64,000 bases of DNA from a candidate division WOR-3 bacterium (GTDB lineage Bacteria; Hydrothermota; Tepidihabitantia; B3-TA06), in contig CBFGKC010000001.1 in assembly GCA_965649265.1 (NCBI GenBank), forward strand, positions 45,119-109,118. The letters run 5' to 3'. The translations under genes and the position numbers were made by a program. This document shows positions 1 through 9,354 of this stretch, in pieces; within the stretch, counting starts at the first letter, position 1, and each line of letters begins with the position of its first letter. The notes beneath the pieces were generated by a model that worked only from the letters and a program-made list of their open reading frames with translations, was not told where the DNA came from and ran no database searches.

Positions 1-742
1 AGATGTCGACGCCTACCAGCCTGCCTATATAGTTGGAACGGCCTACCGAGATTTCGCCCACATTGAAATTGCGGTAGTTGAGCATCTCGCGAACCTTGGT
101 GTGCGAAAGAAGCGCATCCACTGCGTCTTTTCCTGCTATGGCGATGTCTGCCTGGAAACCCGTGTCGGTCGAGATGTGGCGTTTCCAGGTCAGGATGTCT
201 GCTATGGGATCGGAGTTAGTCGTGTCCGTCCAGATGTCGGTGCCCGTCAGTACCGGATTGTGACCTACCGGCAGGTGATAGTTGATAGAGAACTCGATGT
301 TCTCCTGACTTACCGTCAACGAACCCTGAAGCGACTGCGCGGCCATCCACTCCGTCGTGCGCATGATCATGTTTTTGAGATCGGCGAGCTCCAGCGCGAT
401 TCGCTGGTTCTTATAATCCTCTATACCCCCCTCCCCCAGGTAAAGCGAAGAGCCGGGGGCTCGTACCGAAAGCAGATCGTTAGCCGCGACAACCTTCTTG
501 GGCCTTATCCGCGGGGCTCGCACCGACTGCATCATGCGGCCGAGTTCTGCGACCACGACGCCGCCTTCAATCGGTGACACGAATGGTGCCAGCCGCTTTC
601 CGCCGACCACGACATCGACGTCTATCTCCTCGGCCAGAGCCTGCACTCTTGTCTTGAATACTTTGTCCATGAGAAATGACGGTGCGCTGGGAATCTCGTT
701 TATCGCCGTCGTCAGCGTGCGCCACTTGAACATATCATCCAT
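1..742 (-). CDS. Phage major capsid protein (lambda gpE / Phage_cap_E-like), partial, runs off the left edge
   Basis: Not in the ORF track; translated by hand from ATG at 742 behind GGAGG: MDDMFKWRTLTTAINEIPSAPSFLMDKVF...KRLAPFVSPIEGG...APRIRPKK...RTTEWMAAQSL. The LAPFVSP and EWMAAQ motifs are typical of gpE-type capsids, and the gene follows a decoration gene. Confidence 0.85.
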   Translation of the reverse strand, partial: MDDMFKWRTLTTAINEIPSAPSFLMDKVFKTRVQALAEEIDVDVVVGGKRLAPFVSPIEGGVVVAELGRMMQSVRAPRIRPKKVVAANDLLSVRAPGSSLYLGEGGIEDYKNQRIALELADLKNMIMRTTEWMAAQSLQGSLTVSQENIEFSINYHLPVGHNPVLTGTDIWTDTTNSDPIADILTWKRHISTDTGFQADIAIAGKDAVDALLSHTKVREMLNYRNFNVGEISVGRSNYIGRLVGVDI

Positions 743-751
743 TTAAACCTC

Positions 752-1129
752 CTATCCTATCTTTTTGACGAATATTCCGAAACCCTGGAGCGTGCGCTTT
801 GCCGTCGCGATTTGAGGGTCGGTCGCCGAGTTCCAGTCTAGCTTGCCCTGGTTGAACTCGCCGTGGACGTAAGCCACCGTCGCGGCATCCGCAGATGTTG
901 CGTCGGTGTCACGAGCAAGAATCGCGCGTGGAGTCTCGGTACCGTCCGATGCTGTTGCCGAGAACTTGTAATACTTCGAGTCCGCGGTCTGTCGACCCAG
1001 AACCTGCCCTGCGTCGAGATCTCCTGCGCCGGATCCCAGGATTATCGGATAAAGCACGACCGGGTGGCCGCCGGCAAGAAGACTCTGGTCCACGAGAGTG
1101 GTTTCGGTGATTCCGTAACTTTCAGCCAT
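752..1129 (-). CDS. Phage head decoration protein (gpD-like)
   Basis: 125 aa with AGQVLG, DGTETPRAILA and VAYVHGEFN motifs; lies immediately upstream of the capsid gene; GGAGG RBS. Confidence 0.85.
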   Translation of the reverse strand: MAESYGITETTLVDQSLLAGGHPVVLYPIILGSGAGDLDAGQVLGRQTADSKYYKFSATASDGTETPRAILARDTDATSADAATVAYVHGEFNQGKLDWNSATDPQIATAKRTLQGFGIFVKKIG

Positions 1130-1209
1130 TGTTACCTCCTTTACTCCCCCGCATTGAAGCAGGGAATTTTTTTGTTAGTACGCTCATACTGTCCCCTATT
1201 TCGGACATA

Positions 1210-1980
1210 TCACGCGCTACGGCCTGTCGAGCGATTGAGAGCGGAAGCTATCTTGCGACCCAGGGACTCCATCGAGTCGTCCTTTTTAGCGGCCGGTTTC
1301 GCAAACTCATCCATCGGAACGAGCGTGGGAAGGGATTCCAGAAGCCTTACGAAGAAATCGTAAGGGGAGATTGGCTCCGAGTTGTTATCGGGAATAGACG
1401 GTTCCGCAGAGAGTCCGGCAATGAAGCTCTTTAGCGCGTCGACTCCCCAGGCTGCAAGGATCTTTCCCTCGCTCCTCATTTTTGCGACAAGATTTTCGGC
1501 CCTCATCAGGTCCGACGCGGCAGGTTGCGCCCCTTGAACGCCTTTTATTCGAGGCAGTACGACGTTCGGCTGATCATCTCTCAGTTCTTCCCTGTCCCTC
1601 TCTTTTTCCCGTTCACGAGCGCTTTCGGGTGACTCTGCCTTGTTTGAAGTCGACCTTGATTCGAGTTCTTCCACCCTTTCGAGGACAAAGTTTCTTTCCT
1701 CCTCATCCTCCAGGGCGAGAGCCTTTCGCCCGGCCGATTCGAGCGCGCGCGGCACGATCAACGGTTCGCCGTCTATAAGATCGACGACGAGCATAGGGTA
1801 TGCTTCTTGTGATCCGGGGTCCTTCAACGTGTCGACCCGGATTGAGTATGCGGCAAGCGAACCGAAACCGAAAGAGTTCTTGAGTCGCTCGAACGCCCCG
1901 GCTTCATCCCACGGGTAACCCGCAGGCGCGAAGGAAAGCTCCTCGAGCGTCCCGGGAACAATATCATTCTTCGGGGTCAT
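1210..1980 (-). CDS. Putative capsid scaffold / prohead-protease-associated protein
   Basis: Position upstream of the decoration and capsid genes; WD...YPMLVVDLIDGEPLIVPRAL segment resembles a domain found with phage prohead proteases; charged helical middle; strong RBS. Confidence 0.5.
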   Translation of the reverse strand: MTPKNDIVPGTLEELSFAPAGYPWDEAGAFERLKNSFGFGSLAAYSIRVDTLKDPGSQEAYPMLVVDLIDGEPLIVPRALESAGRKALALEDEEERNFVLERVEELESRSTSNKAESPESAREREKERDREELRDDQPNVVLPRIKGVQGAQPAASDLMRAENLVAKMRSEGKILAAWGVDALKSFIAGLSAEPSIPDNNSEPISPYDFFVRLLESLPTLVPMDEFAKPAAKKDDSMESLGRKIASALNRSTGRSA

Positions 1981-2187
1981 AAATTGACCTCCTTTCCATT
2001 TTCACCATGGCCGTATTCTCTCCGGATTTCTGACGCGTACAATAGAATCCTGACCTGCTTTTATTTGACTTTTTTTTAACATCTTTACCTCGATTCCCTC
2101 TCCGAAGCCCTTGACTTCCCTGAAAATCGAGTTTAAAATGTTGCAGGAAATATGATTTCCTCGGCAACCGTGGAGAATGGAGGTTTC

Positions 2188-3843
2188 ATGTTAGTTTTGA
2201 TAATCCAGATTTTTTTGAACCCTGTGGTTGATTCCATAATTGATTCGACTCAAGTGATGCAAGCCCGGATTAAGGTCTGGAAATCCCTGAAGGTAATGGG
2301 TATCGGGTTCGACGTTGCCACGGGCAGCCTGGCGGAACACACCTATCCTTTATCGCCCTCGCACGATTTCGTGGCTATCGGAATAGGCCTAACACCAAAG
2401 TACGGCGGCATTGGAGCATGGCTGAAGTTATCCCAAGACGTTTTTTCGGGAGGCGAAAGTAATGCCTTGCCGTCATTGCGGCTGACTTACACGCCTTATT
2501 ACAGATGGAAAACCCTAGGTGACACGACTTTTAAGCATCTGAGATTCGATATCTTCGCTGAGGGTGGTTTCCACGAATTCTATCTGGAGAGCGGCTACCT
2601 GCGCTTTGGCGCCAGCGGGTCATGGAATTGGAACAAGTATGTTGCTCCGCTCGATTTAGAGTTAGGATGGGGGATAGTTTCGGGACGCTGGTATTCGGCC
2701 GTGTCAGGGCTTTATGCAAGGATCGGCACTTCGTTATATGAACAGGAAATACCCGTTACAAACCCCGAATCCCTGGTCGTGAAAAGTGTGCTCACGACGA
2801 CCGCATTTCCTAATGCATGGCTGGGATACAGGGCGTTTACATATTCATTGATTTTACCTTCAGACGGTTTCGCATCGAGAGAGTTCGACTTGCTGATGCT
2901 GGGAATCGGTTTAACCCCTCCCCTCGGAATAGGCTTATGGCTCAAAGTCATACCCTATTACGAGTCGGACTATAGTGTGAGTGGTGATTATGCCGCTCTC
3001 AGGCTCACTTACTCTCCGTACTTCTCGTGGGACAAGCACCGTTATGGCCTCTATCGCAAGCTAAGACTCGATTGTTTTCTCGAATCTTCTTTTTCCACGC
3101 TCCACTCCGAGCCGTTATTGAGAGGAGGGGTGTCAGGATCGTTCTCGCTTTTTCCCAGGGCCGTGCCTTTTGATGCCGAGCTGGGATGGGCATATTCAGC
3201 ATATGATTACGGGCCCGCGACCGTCAGGTACTCAGGACCGTACTTCCTGATCTCGGCGAGCGCGTTAGGCATGGATGTCGTCATTGGAGAGGGCCGCCCG
3301 GGGCATGCAGTAAGCTTTTTGAATTCACTTAAGGATTCCAGGACCTGGGTATCCTACGAGATACTTGCAGGGAGCGGGGGGATATGTTACCGGCACATCC
3401 CCGTACTTTCCGAAGAGGAACTTGTTACCACATACGAAGTAACCTTTTTGCGTCTGGGCGCAGGATTCTCCCCTCCTTTTGGATTAGGTTTAAGCGCAAG
3501 GCTTTGGATAGGAACCGGCTCCTGGGAGGGGCCTGCGGCATCGTTGAGGTTGAGCTATTCCCCTTTTGCTTCGTATAAGGACGCAGGAAACATAACCTTC
3601 CGACGCTTACGTGTTGATCTTTTTGTCGAGCCCGGCATCGGGTACTGGAGAGGCGGTGAGCAGTGCTTCAGGACCGGAGTAGAAGGGTCATTCTCCTGGC
3701 TCCCATCCATGCCTTGCCTGCACCTGGAGGCCGGTTGGATCTCGTGGGAACAATGGGATTATCAGCGCAGGGGGCCGTATCTCGAGCTATCCGTGGGTCT
3801 TCTCGGCGGTGAGTTCATTGTCGGTAAGAACGGCAAGAACTGA
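2188..3843 (+). CDS. Hypothetical outer-membrane-like protein with three tandem ~180-aa beta-rich repeats
   Basis: Three copies of GxGxTP(P)xG(I/L)G, LRL(T/S)Y(T/S)P, LRxDxFxE and ELGW/EAGW with alternating aromatic/Gly strands; GGAGG RBS before ATG 2188. Confidence 0.55.
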   Translation: MLVLIIQIFLNPVVDSIIDSTQVMQARIKVWKSLKVMGIGFDVATGSLAEHTYPLSPSHDFVAIGIGLTPKYGGIGAWLKLSQDVFSGGESNALPSLRLTYTPYYRWKTLGDTTFKHLRFDIFAEGGFHEFYLESGYLRFGASGSWNWNKYVAPLDLELGWGIVSGRWYSAVSGLYARIGTSLYEQEIPVTNPESLVVKSVLTTTAFPNAWLGYRAFTYSLILPSDGFASREFDLLMLGIGLTPPLGIGLWLKVIPYYESDYSVSGDYAALRLTYSPYFSWDKHRYGLYRKLRLDCFLESSFSTLHSEPLLRGGVSGSFSLFPRAVPFDAELGWAYSAYDYGPATVRYSGPYFLISASALGMDVVIGEGRPGHAVSFLNSLKDSRTWVSYEILAGSGGICYRHIPVLSEEELVTTYEVTFLRLGAGFSPPFGLGLSARLWIGTGSWEGPAASLRLSYSPFASYKDAGNITFRRLRVDLFVEPGIGYWRGGEQCFRTGVEGSFSWLPSMPCLHLEAGWISWEQWDYQRRGPYLELSVGLLGGEFIVGKNGKN

Positions 3844-3881
3844 CGCTTGACGCAGCCGCTCCCGGGAGTATTCTTACGGTC

Positions 3882-4430
3882 ATGAGATCCAGATTGACGC
3901 GAATCTTGTTATTGATTTGTTTTGTCACGGGAACGTGCATCTTTCCGGGATGCGCCAAAAAGGATTCCGACGGCGCGAAGAAGTTCATCGGGGACTACTG
4001 GTCTGCGGTTTTCAAGGGCGACGCGCGCAAGGCATATTCCATGCTTACAAGCGAGAGTAAGAAAACCATCTCCTTCGAAAAGTATGCCTACAACATTTCT
4101 TACGGAACCAAACCCACCCCGTTGACGGATAGTTTCTTTAGTGTCTATGCCCCGGCCTGCAACATGAGCCCGGGACCTGTCATGATAGAGGGTGACACGG
4201 CAAAAGTGGAATTGCTTTTGACCATTCCAGACCTGCCTTATATGAACCGCACCCGTCTCCTTGCTGAGGCCGATTCGCTCTTCGCAGGTAAGGATACGCT
4301 GCTGCGCAACGAATGGCTCATTCGCCAACGCACGATTGCCGTCCGCGAAAAACACTACAGGCCCCTTATCCTGCATCTTTCCCTGAGGCTTGCATGGAAA
4401 TGGGGTTCCTGGCATCTTATTTATGATTGA
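3882..4430 (+). CDS. Lipoprotein, NTF2-like (DUF4878-like), paralog 1
   Basis: Lipobox FPGC; YWSAVFKGDARKAYSML helix; C-terminal WKWGSWHLI. Confidence 0.6.
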   Translation: MRSRLTRILLLICFVTGTCIFPGCAKKDSDGAKKFIGDYWSAVFKGDARKAYSMLTSESKKTISFEKYAYNISYGTKPTPLTDSFFSVYAPACNMSPGPVMIEGDTAKVELLLTIPDLPYMNRTRLLAEADSLFAGKDTLLRNEWLIRQRTIAVREKHYRPLILHLSLRLAWKWGSWHLIYD

Positions 4431-4441
4431 GAGGTAAAGAG

Positions 4442-4981
4442 ATGATTCGAAGGTTAGCAGCGTTTTTAGGGCCATGGCTCGTTTTATTACTCGGCGCCTG
4501 CCCGGGAAAAGACGAATCTCCTCTCGTGAAGGACACGGCCGCCGGCTACTGGAATCACTTGTTTAAGGGCGAGATACGAGCTGCGTTCAATATGCTCGAT
4601 AAAGGGTCGAGGCAGTTTATGAACTACTCTCAGTTCGCGAACAAGGTTGGATTCGGCTCCAGCGGGGTTACCGAGGTCAAAGAGTACTGGAAGGCATACT
4701 TCCCACTCACCGATGTGGATGTAAAATCAGTAACGGTTCGCAAGGATGCGGCTTCGGTCTCTCTTATCCTTACGATTCCTGACCCCAAGTGGTTTCCTGA
4801 CGAGGCACAGATGGAGGCGGAAAGGCTTGGCCTCGTGGATCAGGAATATGCACTGTTCATGATCAGGGCCCAGACCGATGCCCTCAAACAAGGCAAGATT
4901 CCCACGGTCAGGATTTCAGAAGTGACGAATCTAGTCAAGGAGGAGGGCTCATGGAAGGTTGTTTTCAAGGACGAAGGATGA
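4442..4981 (+). CDS. Lipoprotein, NTF2-like, paralog 2
   Basis: Lipobox LGAC; YWNHLFKGEIRAAFNML; LTIPD; LVKEEGSWKV. Confidence 0.6.
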   Translation: MIRRLAAFLGPWLVLLLGACPGKDESPLVKDTAAGYWNHLFKGEIRAAFNMLDKGSRQFMNYSQFANKVGFGSSGVTEVKEYWKAYFPLTDVDVKSVTVRKDAASVSLILTIPDPKWFPDEAQMEAERLGLVDQEYALFMIRAQTDALKQGKIPTVRISEVTNLVKEEGSWKVVFKDEG

Positions 4982-5027
4982 ATGAAACGGGGTGACTGGA
5001 CAAGGTGTGAGAAAAAAAGGAGGACGA

Positions 5028-5582
5028 ATGCGCGGAGTTGTCTTTAAAACAGTCTTTATTTTTTGCCTGTGTGCATTATTCGTTCCGGCCTGCACGAACG
5101 AGGAGGATGAAGTCCGCGGCGCCGCCTCGCGTTTTTGGAAGTCGGTACTCGAGGGCAACTTCGACTCGGCCTATAAAATGCTTTCCCGCCAGTCACGGAT
5201 ACTCACGCCGCGTTCGGAATTCGAGAGTCAATTCAGCTTCGGTACTTACAAATCGTGGAACTCGAGGGCTCTAGAGAAAGCATGGTTAGCGGCGTGCAAG
5301 TTCACGATTGAGGACGTTGAGCAGCGCAGCGATCAGGGAAGGGTTGCGATAACCTTCCGCGTCCCCGACATGGAAGCGCTCTCAAGACGCATTTCCGCCG
5401 AGGCCGAGCGTGAGGGCATGATTCGCAAATTCGCGGGCGACGAGCAGAAACTAGAGAGCTGGTTCGCCAAACGCATGACTGAGGAGCTTAAAAATAACCG
5501 CTTCACGAGAATGAGGATAGATAATGAGACGTATCTCGTGCGTGAGGCGGGCGAGTGGAAAATATTTTACCAACCGGAGTGA
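5028..5582 (+). CDS. Lipoprotein, NTF2-like, paralog 3
   Basis: Lipobox VPAC; FWKSVLEGNFDSAYKML; FRVPD; LVREAGEWKI. Confidence 0.6.
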   Translation: MRGVVFKTVFIFCLCALFVPACTNEEDEVRGAASRFWKSVLEGNFDSAYKMLSRQSRILTPRSEFESQFSFGTYKSWNSRALEKAWLAACKFTIEDVEQRSDQGRVAITFRVPDMEALSRRISAEAEREGMIRKFAGDEQKLESWFAKRMTEELKNNRFTRMRIDNETYLVREAGEWKIFYQPE

Positions 5583-5586
5583 TGAT

Positions 5587-6123
5587 TTGAAAGGAAAGAA
5601 ATACCTGCAGTGGACGGCCGGACTGGTGATGCCCGGCCTGATATTAGCCCTGGCAAGCTGCGCCAAGGCCGACTCGGTCGCCAACTATGAGCCGGTGGAC
5701 AGGTCGAATCTCGTGCAGATGGGCACGTGGGGAACGAGCGGAAAACTCATGTTCCGTGTCATGAAGGTCGAGGAGGCAAAGGCGTTTAAGAAGGGGGAGG
5801 AGGGCCAGGAGAAAGCCCCGCAGGGCATGAGATTCGTGATAATCACACTGGACGTGATGCCTTACGACCAGGGCAAAGGAACTGTGGATGTGCCGCGCTC
5901 GGTGAGTCTGGTTGACGCTTCCGGCCTTGCCTACAGGCCCAACTCCGAACGATTCACGAGACTCAACGGCGGGTACGCCGAGATCAAGATCGACGCCGGC
6001 AAGTTTGCCGAGCGCATCGTGGCCTTCCTTGTTCCCAGGGATTTCAAACCCCTGGCTCTGAGATGCGCCGGCGCGGACGACGCCAAACCATGCCTTCTTG
6101 CGCTGAGGGTGGAAGAAAAATAG
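5587..6123 (+). CDS. Lipoprotein with DUF4352-like Ig-fold domain
   Basis: Lipobox LASC; G-x-RFVIITLDV, LVDASGLAY and IVAFLVP motifs; TTG start is inferred. Confidence 0.55.
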   Translation: MKGKKYLQWTAGLVMPGLILALASCAKADSVANYEPVDRSNLVQMGTWGTSGKLMFRVMKVEEAKAFKKGEEGQEKAPQGMRFVIITLDVMPYDQGKGTVDVPRSVSLVDASGLAYRPNSERFTRLNGGYAEIKIDAGKFAERIVAFLVPRDFKPLALRCAGADDAKPCLLALRVEEK

Positions 6124-6352
6124 CCCCTCGTCAGAGATCGGCTGTATCCTGATTCCGGGAAAATCGTTTTGCTAAGAGGAGGATTCTTTTCTTCGAAGCG
6201 GGATGGATTGGCCGCATTATCGCTCGAGGTTTAGACTATCGACAGCATTTTCAAACTCACACAAAACTTGACTTTCATTGCTGGAGAAGAAGAACCCTTT
6301 CTACCCTTTTGGAGATTTTTTCGACAAATCATCCACGATATATTCTTAATTC

Positions 6353-6389
6353 GGGGTCCCCGGGAAATCATTTCGTGATTTCATGGGGT
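6353..6389 (+). repeat. 37-bp GGGGTCCCC-hairpin-GGGGT palindromic repeat (intergenic copy)
   Basis: GGGGTCCCC GGGAAATCAT TTC GTGATTTCAT GGGGT. Confidence 0.8.
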
Positions 6390-6393
6390 ATTC

Positions 6394-7047
6394 TTATTCC
6401 AGCATCTTCTGCACGGCGACGACCCGGCCTATGATACGGTCGCCGGAGCCGAGTACCAGCGGCTCGTATTCCGGATTCGCGGGTACGAGTATGTGAACGT
6501 CTTTCTTCCCCTGCTTCGTTATCTTGAGTTCCTTTATCGTGGTTTCGCCGTCGAGAAGTGCCACGACTATGGCCCTGTTGGGGGGGGAGGGGTCGGGACA
6601 GACTATTACCCTGTCGCCGTCCGAGAGACGCGGTTCCATCGAGTTACCGTGGACTATAAGGCCGAAAGTCTGGGGATGGCGTGCGGTGGAGGAAGGGACA
6701 GGGAGGTACTCGAGAACGACCTCGCTCGTGTACCTCGGGAAACCGGCGGGCACCTCGCCCAGCACGGCCACCCACCTCACGGGCAGCCTCTCCGATTCCG
6801 GGATATCAGGCAGCGAATCCATGTCACCCTCGCCCGTAACGAGCCAGTGGAGGGAAATTCTCAGCTCGGACGCCATGCGAACAAGAAGTTCCACATCCAC
6901 GCTGCGCTCGCCGCGTTCGTAGCGAACGAGCGAGTTGCGATGTATCCTTAATCGCTCGCTGAGCTCTACCTGGTTCATCCCTTTCTTGCGTCTTGCCTCC
7001 CTTATGCGCTGGCCGACAAGCTTGTCAGAACTCTGATCCGTGATCAT
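6394..7047 (-). CDS. CI/LexA-like repressor (XRE HTH plus S24 peptidase)
   Basis: N-terminal HTH (IREARRKKGMNQVELSE...YERG); AG cleavage site (VPAGFP); GNSMEP serine; TIKEL lysine. Confidence 0.9.
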   Translation of the reverse strand: MITDQSSDKLVGQRIREARRKKGMNQVELSERLRIHRNSLVRYERGERSVDVELLVRMASELRISLHWLVTGEGDMDSLPDIPESERLPVRWVAVLGEVPAGFPRYTSEVVLEYLPVPSSTARHPQTFGLIVHGNSMEPRLSDGDRVIVCPDPSPPNRAIVVALLDGETTIKELKITKQGKKDVHILVPANPEYEPLVLGSGDRIIGRVVAVQKMLE

Positions 7048-7123
7048 CCCGTTCTCCTTGGAGACGATTGCGTGTCTCCGAGACTGAAGTTTTTGTCCAC
7101 AAACGGGTGTGGATAATCGTATA

Positions 7124-7244
7124 AATCACCCAAAAATGTGCTATTTGCCAATATGGCTCTTGACAAATCACCCTTTTGGGTTATAATCCATTCGATGACT
7201 GAATCCGTTTGGGTGATTATAAGCATGGAAACTCTAGTTGTCAA
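7124..7244. promoter_or_regulatory. Face-to-face sigma70 promoters with repeated operator half-sites
   Basis: + strand TTGACA (7160-7165)-16-TATAAT (7182-7187); - strand TTGACA (7244-7239)-17-TATAAT (7221-7216); AATCACCC/GGGTGATT half-sites at 7124, 7166 and 7211. Confidence 0.8.
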
Positions 7245-7253
7245 GGGGTGAAC

Positions 7254-7724
7254 ATGAATAAACGCAGGACAAGTGAAGTGCAGACGTGGGGGGATGTGCA
7301 AAGGGCGCTCGTGGAGCTTGGACGTTTTGAGGCAAGGCTCGAGCGCAAGAACGAGAACGCGGGACGCAAAATCCAGTCCGTAGAAGAGAGGCTGGGGGAA
7401 GAAAGCGCCGTGCTCCTGGCGGAGATAGACCGTCTTCGTCAGGAGCTGGAGCGCTTCTTTAAAAGAAACTCCCGCGGCGCAAGAACAAAAACTCTTCCCG
7501 AGGGCAGCCTTGGGATAAGAGTCCGTTCTCATTTACTGATTCCGAAGCCCGGCCTGACCTCAAGAAAACTCATGGAAAGGGGCCTGGGCGACTGCCTTCG
7601 GCTCAAGGAAAGCATTGATCGTCAGGCACTCTCAAGACTCGATGACGACACGCTCTCGAGTGTTGGCGCAAGAAGGGTGGTAAGGGAGGTCTTTTATGCC
7701 AGAGCGAGGAGGAAAGGAAGATGA
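7254..7724 (+). CDS. gam: Mu Gam-like host-nuclease inhibitor (DNA end-binding protein)
   Basis: VQTWGDVQRALVELG start, coiled coil, KTLPEGSLGIR, CLRLKESIDRQAL and VGARRVVREVFY, following the Mu Gam pattern. Confidence 0.75.
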   Translation: MNKRRTSEVQTWGDVQRALVELGRFEARLERKNENAGRKIQSVEERLGEESAVLLAEIDRLRQELERFFKRNSRGARTKTLPEGSLGIRVRSHLLIPKPGLTSRKLMERGLGDCLRLKESIDRQALSRLDDDTLSSVGARRVVREVFYARARRKGR

Positions 7725-8308
7725 AGGAACGCAGCCTCTCAGAGGTGAAAGCGGCCCTCGCCGCAGAGCGAAGGGAGCTTGACAAGGCGATAGCAAACCA
7801 GAGCTTCTTTTGTTCGAGCAAGAAGCGAGTCGTCTCGCCGGCCCAGTGTCATGACTGCTTCGCGGTGATTCCGTATTTCGAAAAACTCTCTCGCTGGAAG
7901 GAAGACCGAATGCTTTGCATCAAGGAACACGGCCAGGCTCTGCGCAAGCCCGCAGCATCCGTGGAGGAGGGGGTGACAGGGACCGGATCGACGCAAAGGT
8001 CCGGGGGAAGGAGGGAGCAAAGGCACGATCCTGGTGGATTTTCGATTGAGGAGTATGTCTCAAGAAGTATTCTCGAGTATTATCTGGAGCTCGATTCCCT
8101 CGCCGAGAAATTCGAAACCTGGTGGATGGCTCTTGCCCCCGAGGCACGCTCGAGGATTCACAAAAGCACCGATCTTCTTGAGGCTCTTATGTGGTTTGGT
8201 GAACGACTCCGGGAGTTCCAGTGTGCAGTGGTGAGAGTCGCACGCTGCCCGGATAACGAAGATAAAAACAACAACACGAAGGAGGAATCATGTGGGGTGA
8301 AGAACTGA
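7721..8308 (+). CDS. Hypothetical protein with Cys-rich N-terminal region
   Basis: ATGA overlap with gam; C-x10-CxxC...C pattern could bind Zn. Confidence 0.5.
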   Translation: MKERSLSEVKAALAAERRELDKAIANQSFFCSSKKRVVSPAQCHDCFAVIPYFEKLSRWKEDRMLCIKEHGQALRKPAASVEEGVTGTGSTQRSGGRREQRHDPGGFSIEEYVSRSILEYYLELDSLAEKFETWWMALAPEARSRIHKSTDLLEALMWFGERLREFQCAVVRVARCPDNEDKNNNTKEESCGVKN

Positions 8309-8595
8309 CCCTTAATCTCTTCGGGGCGACCATCCTGGGCTCCGTTATCGTCGCCGCCATCGTCGAGAAACTGAAAACGTGGCTCAAGACCGAAGGATGG
8401 CTGACCACGCTCATGGCCCTTGTGGTGGGTACGGCGCTTGGTGGGCTCCTTTATCTCGTGGAACTCGGCGCCGTAAAGCTCGGTATGCCCGGTCAGGTTA
8501 TCCCGCTTGCCGTCGCGCTTCTTGACGGTTTCTTTTCCGGCGGGGTTGCCGCAGGGTTGTGGAAGGCCGCCCGAAACCTGGGAAGAAAGGGATGA
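8290..8595 (+). CDS. Holin-like small membrane protein (3 TM)
   Basis: 101 aa with three hydrophobic segments and a basic C-terminus; GGAGG RBS; phage context. Confidence 0.55.
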   Translation: MWGEELTLNLFGATILGSVIVAAIVEKLKTWLKTEGWLTTLMALVVGTALGGLLYLVELGAVKLGMPGQVIPLAVALLDGFFSGGVAAGLWKAARNLGRKG

Positions 8596-8945
8596 GAAAG
8601 GGGGTGAATAAGGGCCGCGGACGCTTCGTACGGTTATCCGTGATCCTGTCCGCGGCCCTGGTGGCCGCCGCTTCGGCGCTTGCCGCATTCGTATCGGGTT
8701 ACGCTCTGGCATTCTCGCGCGTCTCCGGAGTGTGGGAAGAAACCACGCTTCTCAAGGCTAGAGCATCGGAACTCGAGGCTCAGATTCTGCGCTTGAAGAA
8801 CTACGCCGTTTTGATTGACGCCATCGCCGCTAATGGCCGCGCTTCCGAAGAGCTCTTTGAACTGGGCGAAAGGGTCGTCGTTGCCGGCAGGGACAGCTTT
8901 AATTGCGACGGCCAAAACCCTGACAAGGGTATCAGGCGCCAATGA
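8592..8945 (+). CDS. Membrane-anchored coiled-coil protein (possibly spanin-like)
   Basis: N-terminal TM followed by a coiled coil; ATGA overlaps at both ends. Confidence 0.45.
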   Translation: MRKGVNKGRGRFVRLSVILSAALVAAASALAAFVSGYALAFSRVSGVWEETTLLKARASELEAQILRLKNYAVLIDAIAANGRASEELFELGERVVVAGRDSFNCDGQNPDKGIRRQ

Positions 8946-9274
8946 ATCTTTTAAAAATAAGCGAAGCCGCATCGCTTCTGGGCTGCCATCCCTACTCCCT
9001 GTACGCGGCAATTTACGAGGGAAGGGTAAAGGCCTCAAAGCTCAGGGGTACCGTGAGAATAAGCGGGGATGAGGTGGAGAGGCTCCTTGGGAAAAAAGAA
9101 TTCCTCTCGGGCAACCTGTCGGTGAGGGAGGTTTCGAAGATTCTTTCATGTTCCACCTCGAGCGTACTGAGGATCATTCGCTCCCGCAAGCTCAGAGCGG
9201 AGCTCGTCGGTAAAAGATACCGCATCTCCGCCCAGGATCTCGAAAGATTCGTGCAGTCGCTGCCCAGGCTGTGA
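8942..9274 (+). CDS. Tandem excisionase-type HTH (HTH_17) DNA-binding protein
   Basis: Two repeats: LLKISEAASLLG...GRVKASKLRGTVRIS and LSVREVSKILS...KLRAELVGKRYRIS. Confidence 0.8.
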   Translation: MNLLKISEAASLLGCHPYSLYAAIYEGRVKASKLRGTVRISGDEVERLLGKKEFLSGNLSVREVSKILSCSTSSVLRIIRSRKLRAELVGKRYRISAQDLERFVQSLPRL

Positions 9275-9354
9275 ACCCTTGCGCGATATGGACAGGCGTC
9301 AGAACCGAAAGAAAGTTTTTAACGCTGGGTTAAAGGAAAAACCCGGAGGTGCAA

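Noticed and set aside
78-1918. Plus-strand ORFs in the first 2 kb, and similar shadow ORFs elsewhere
   Set aside because: They are antisense to well-supported genes and have no motifs or RBS.
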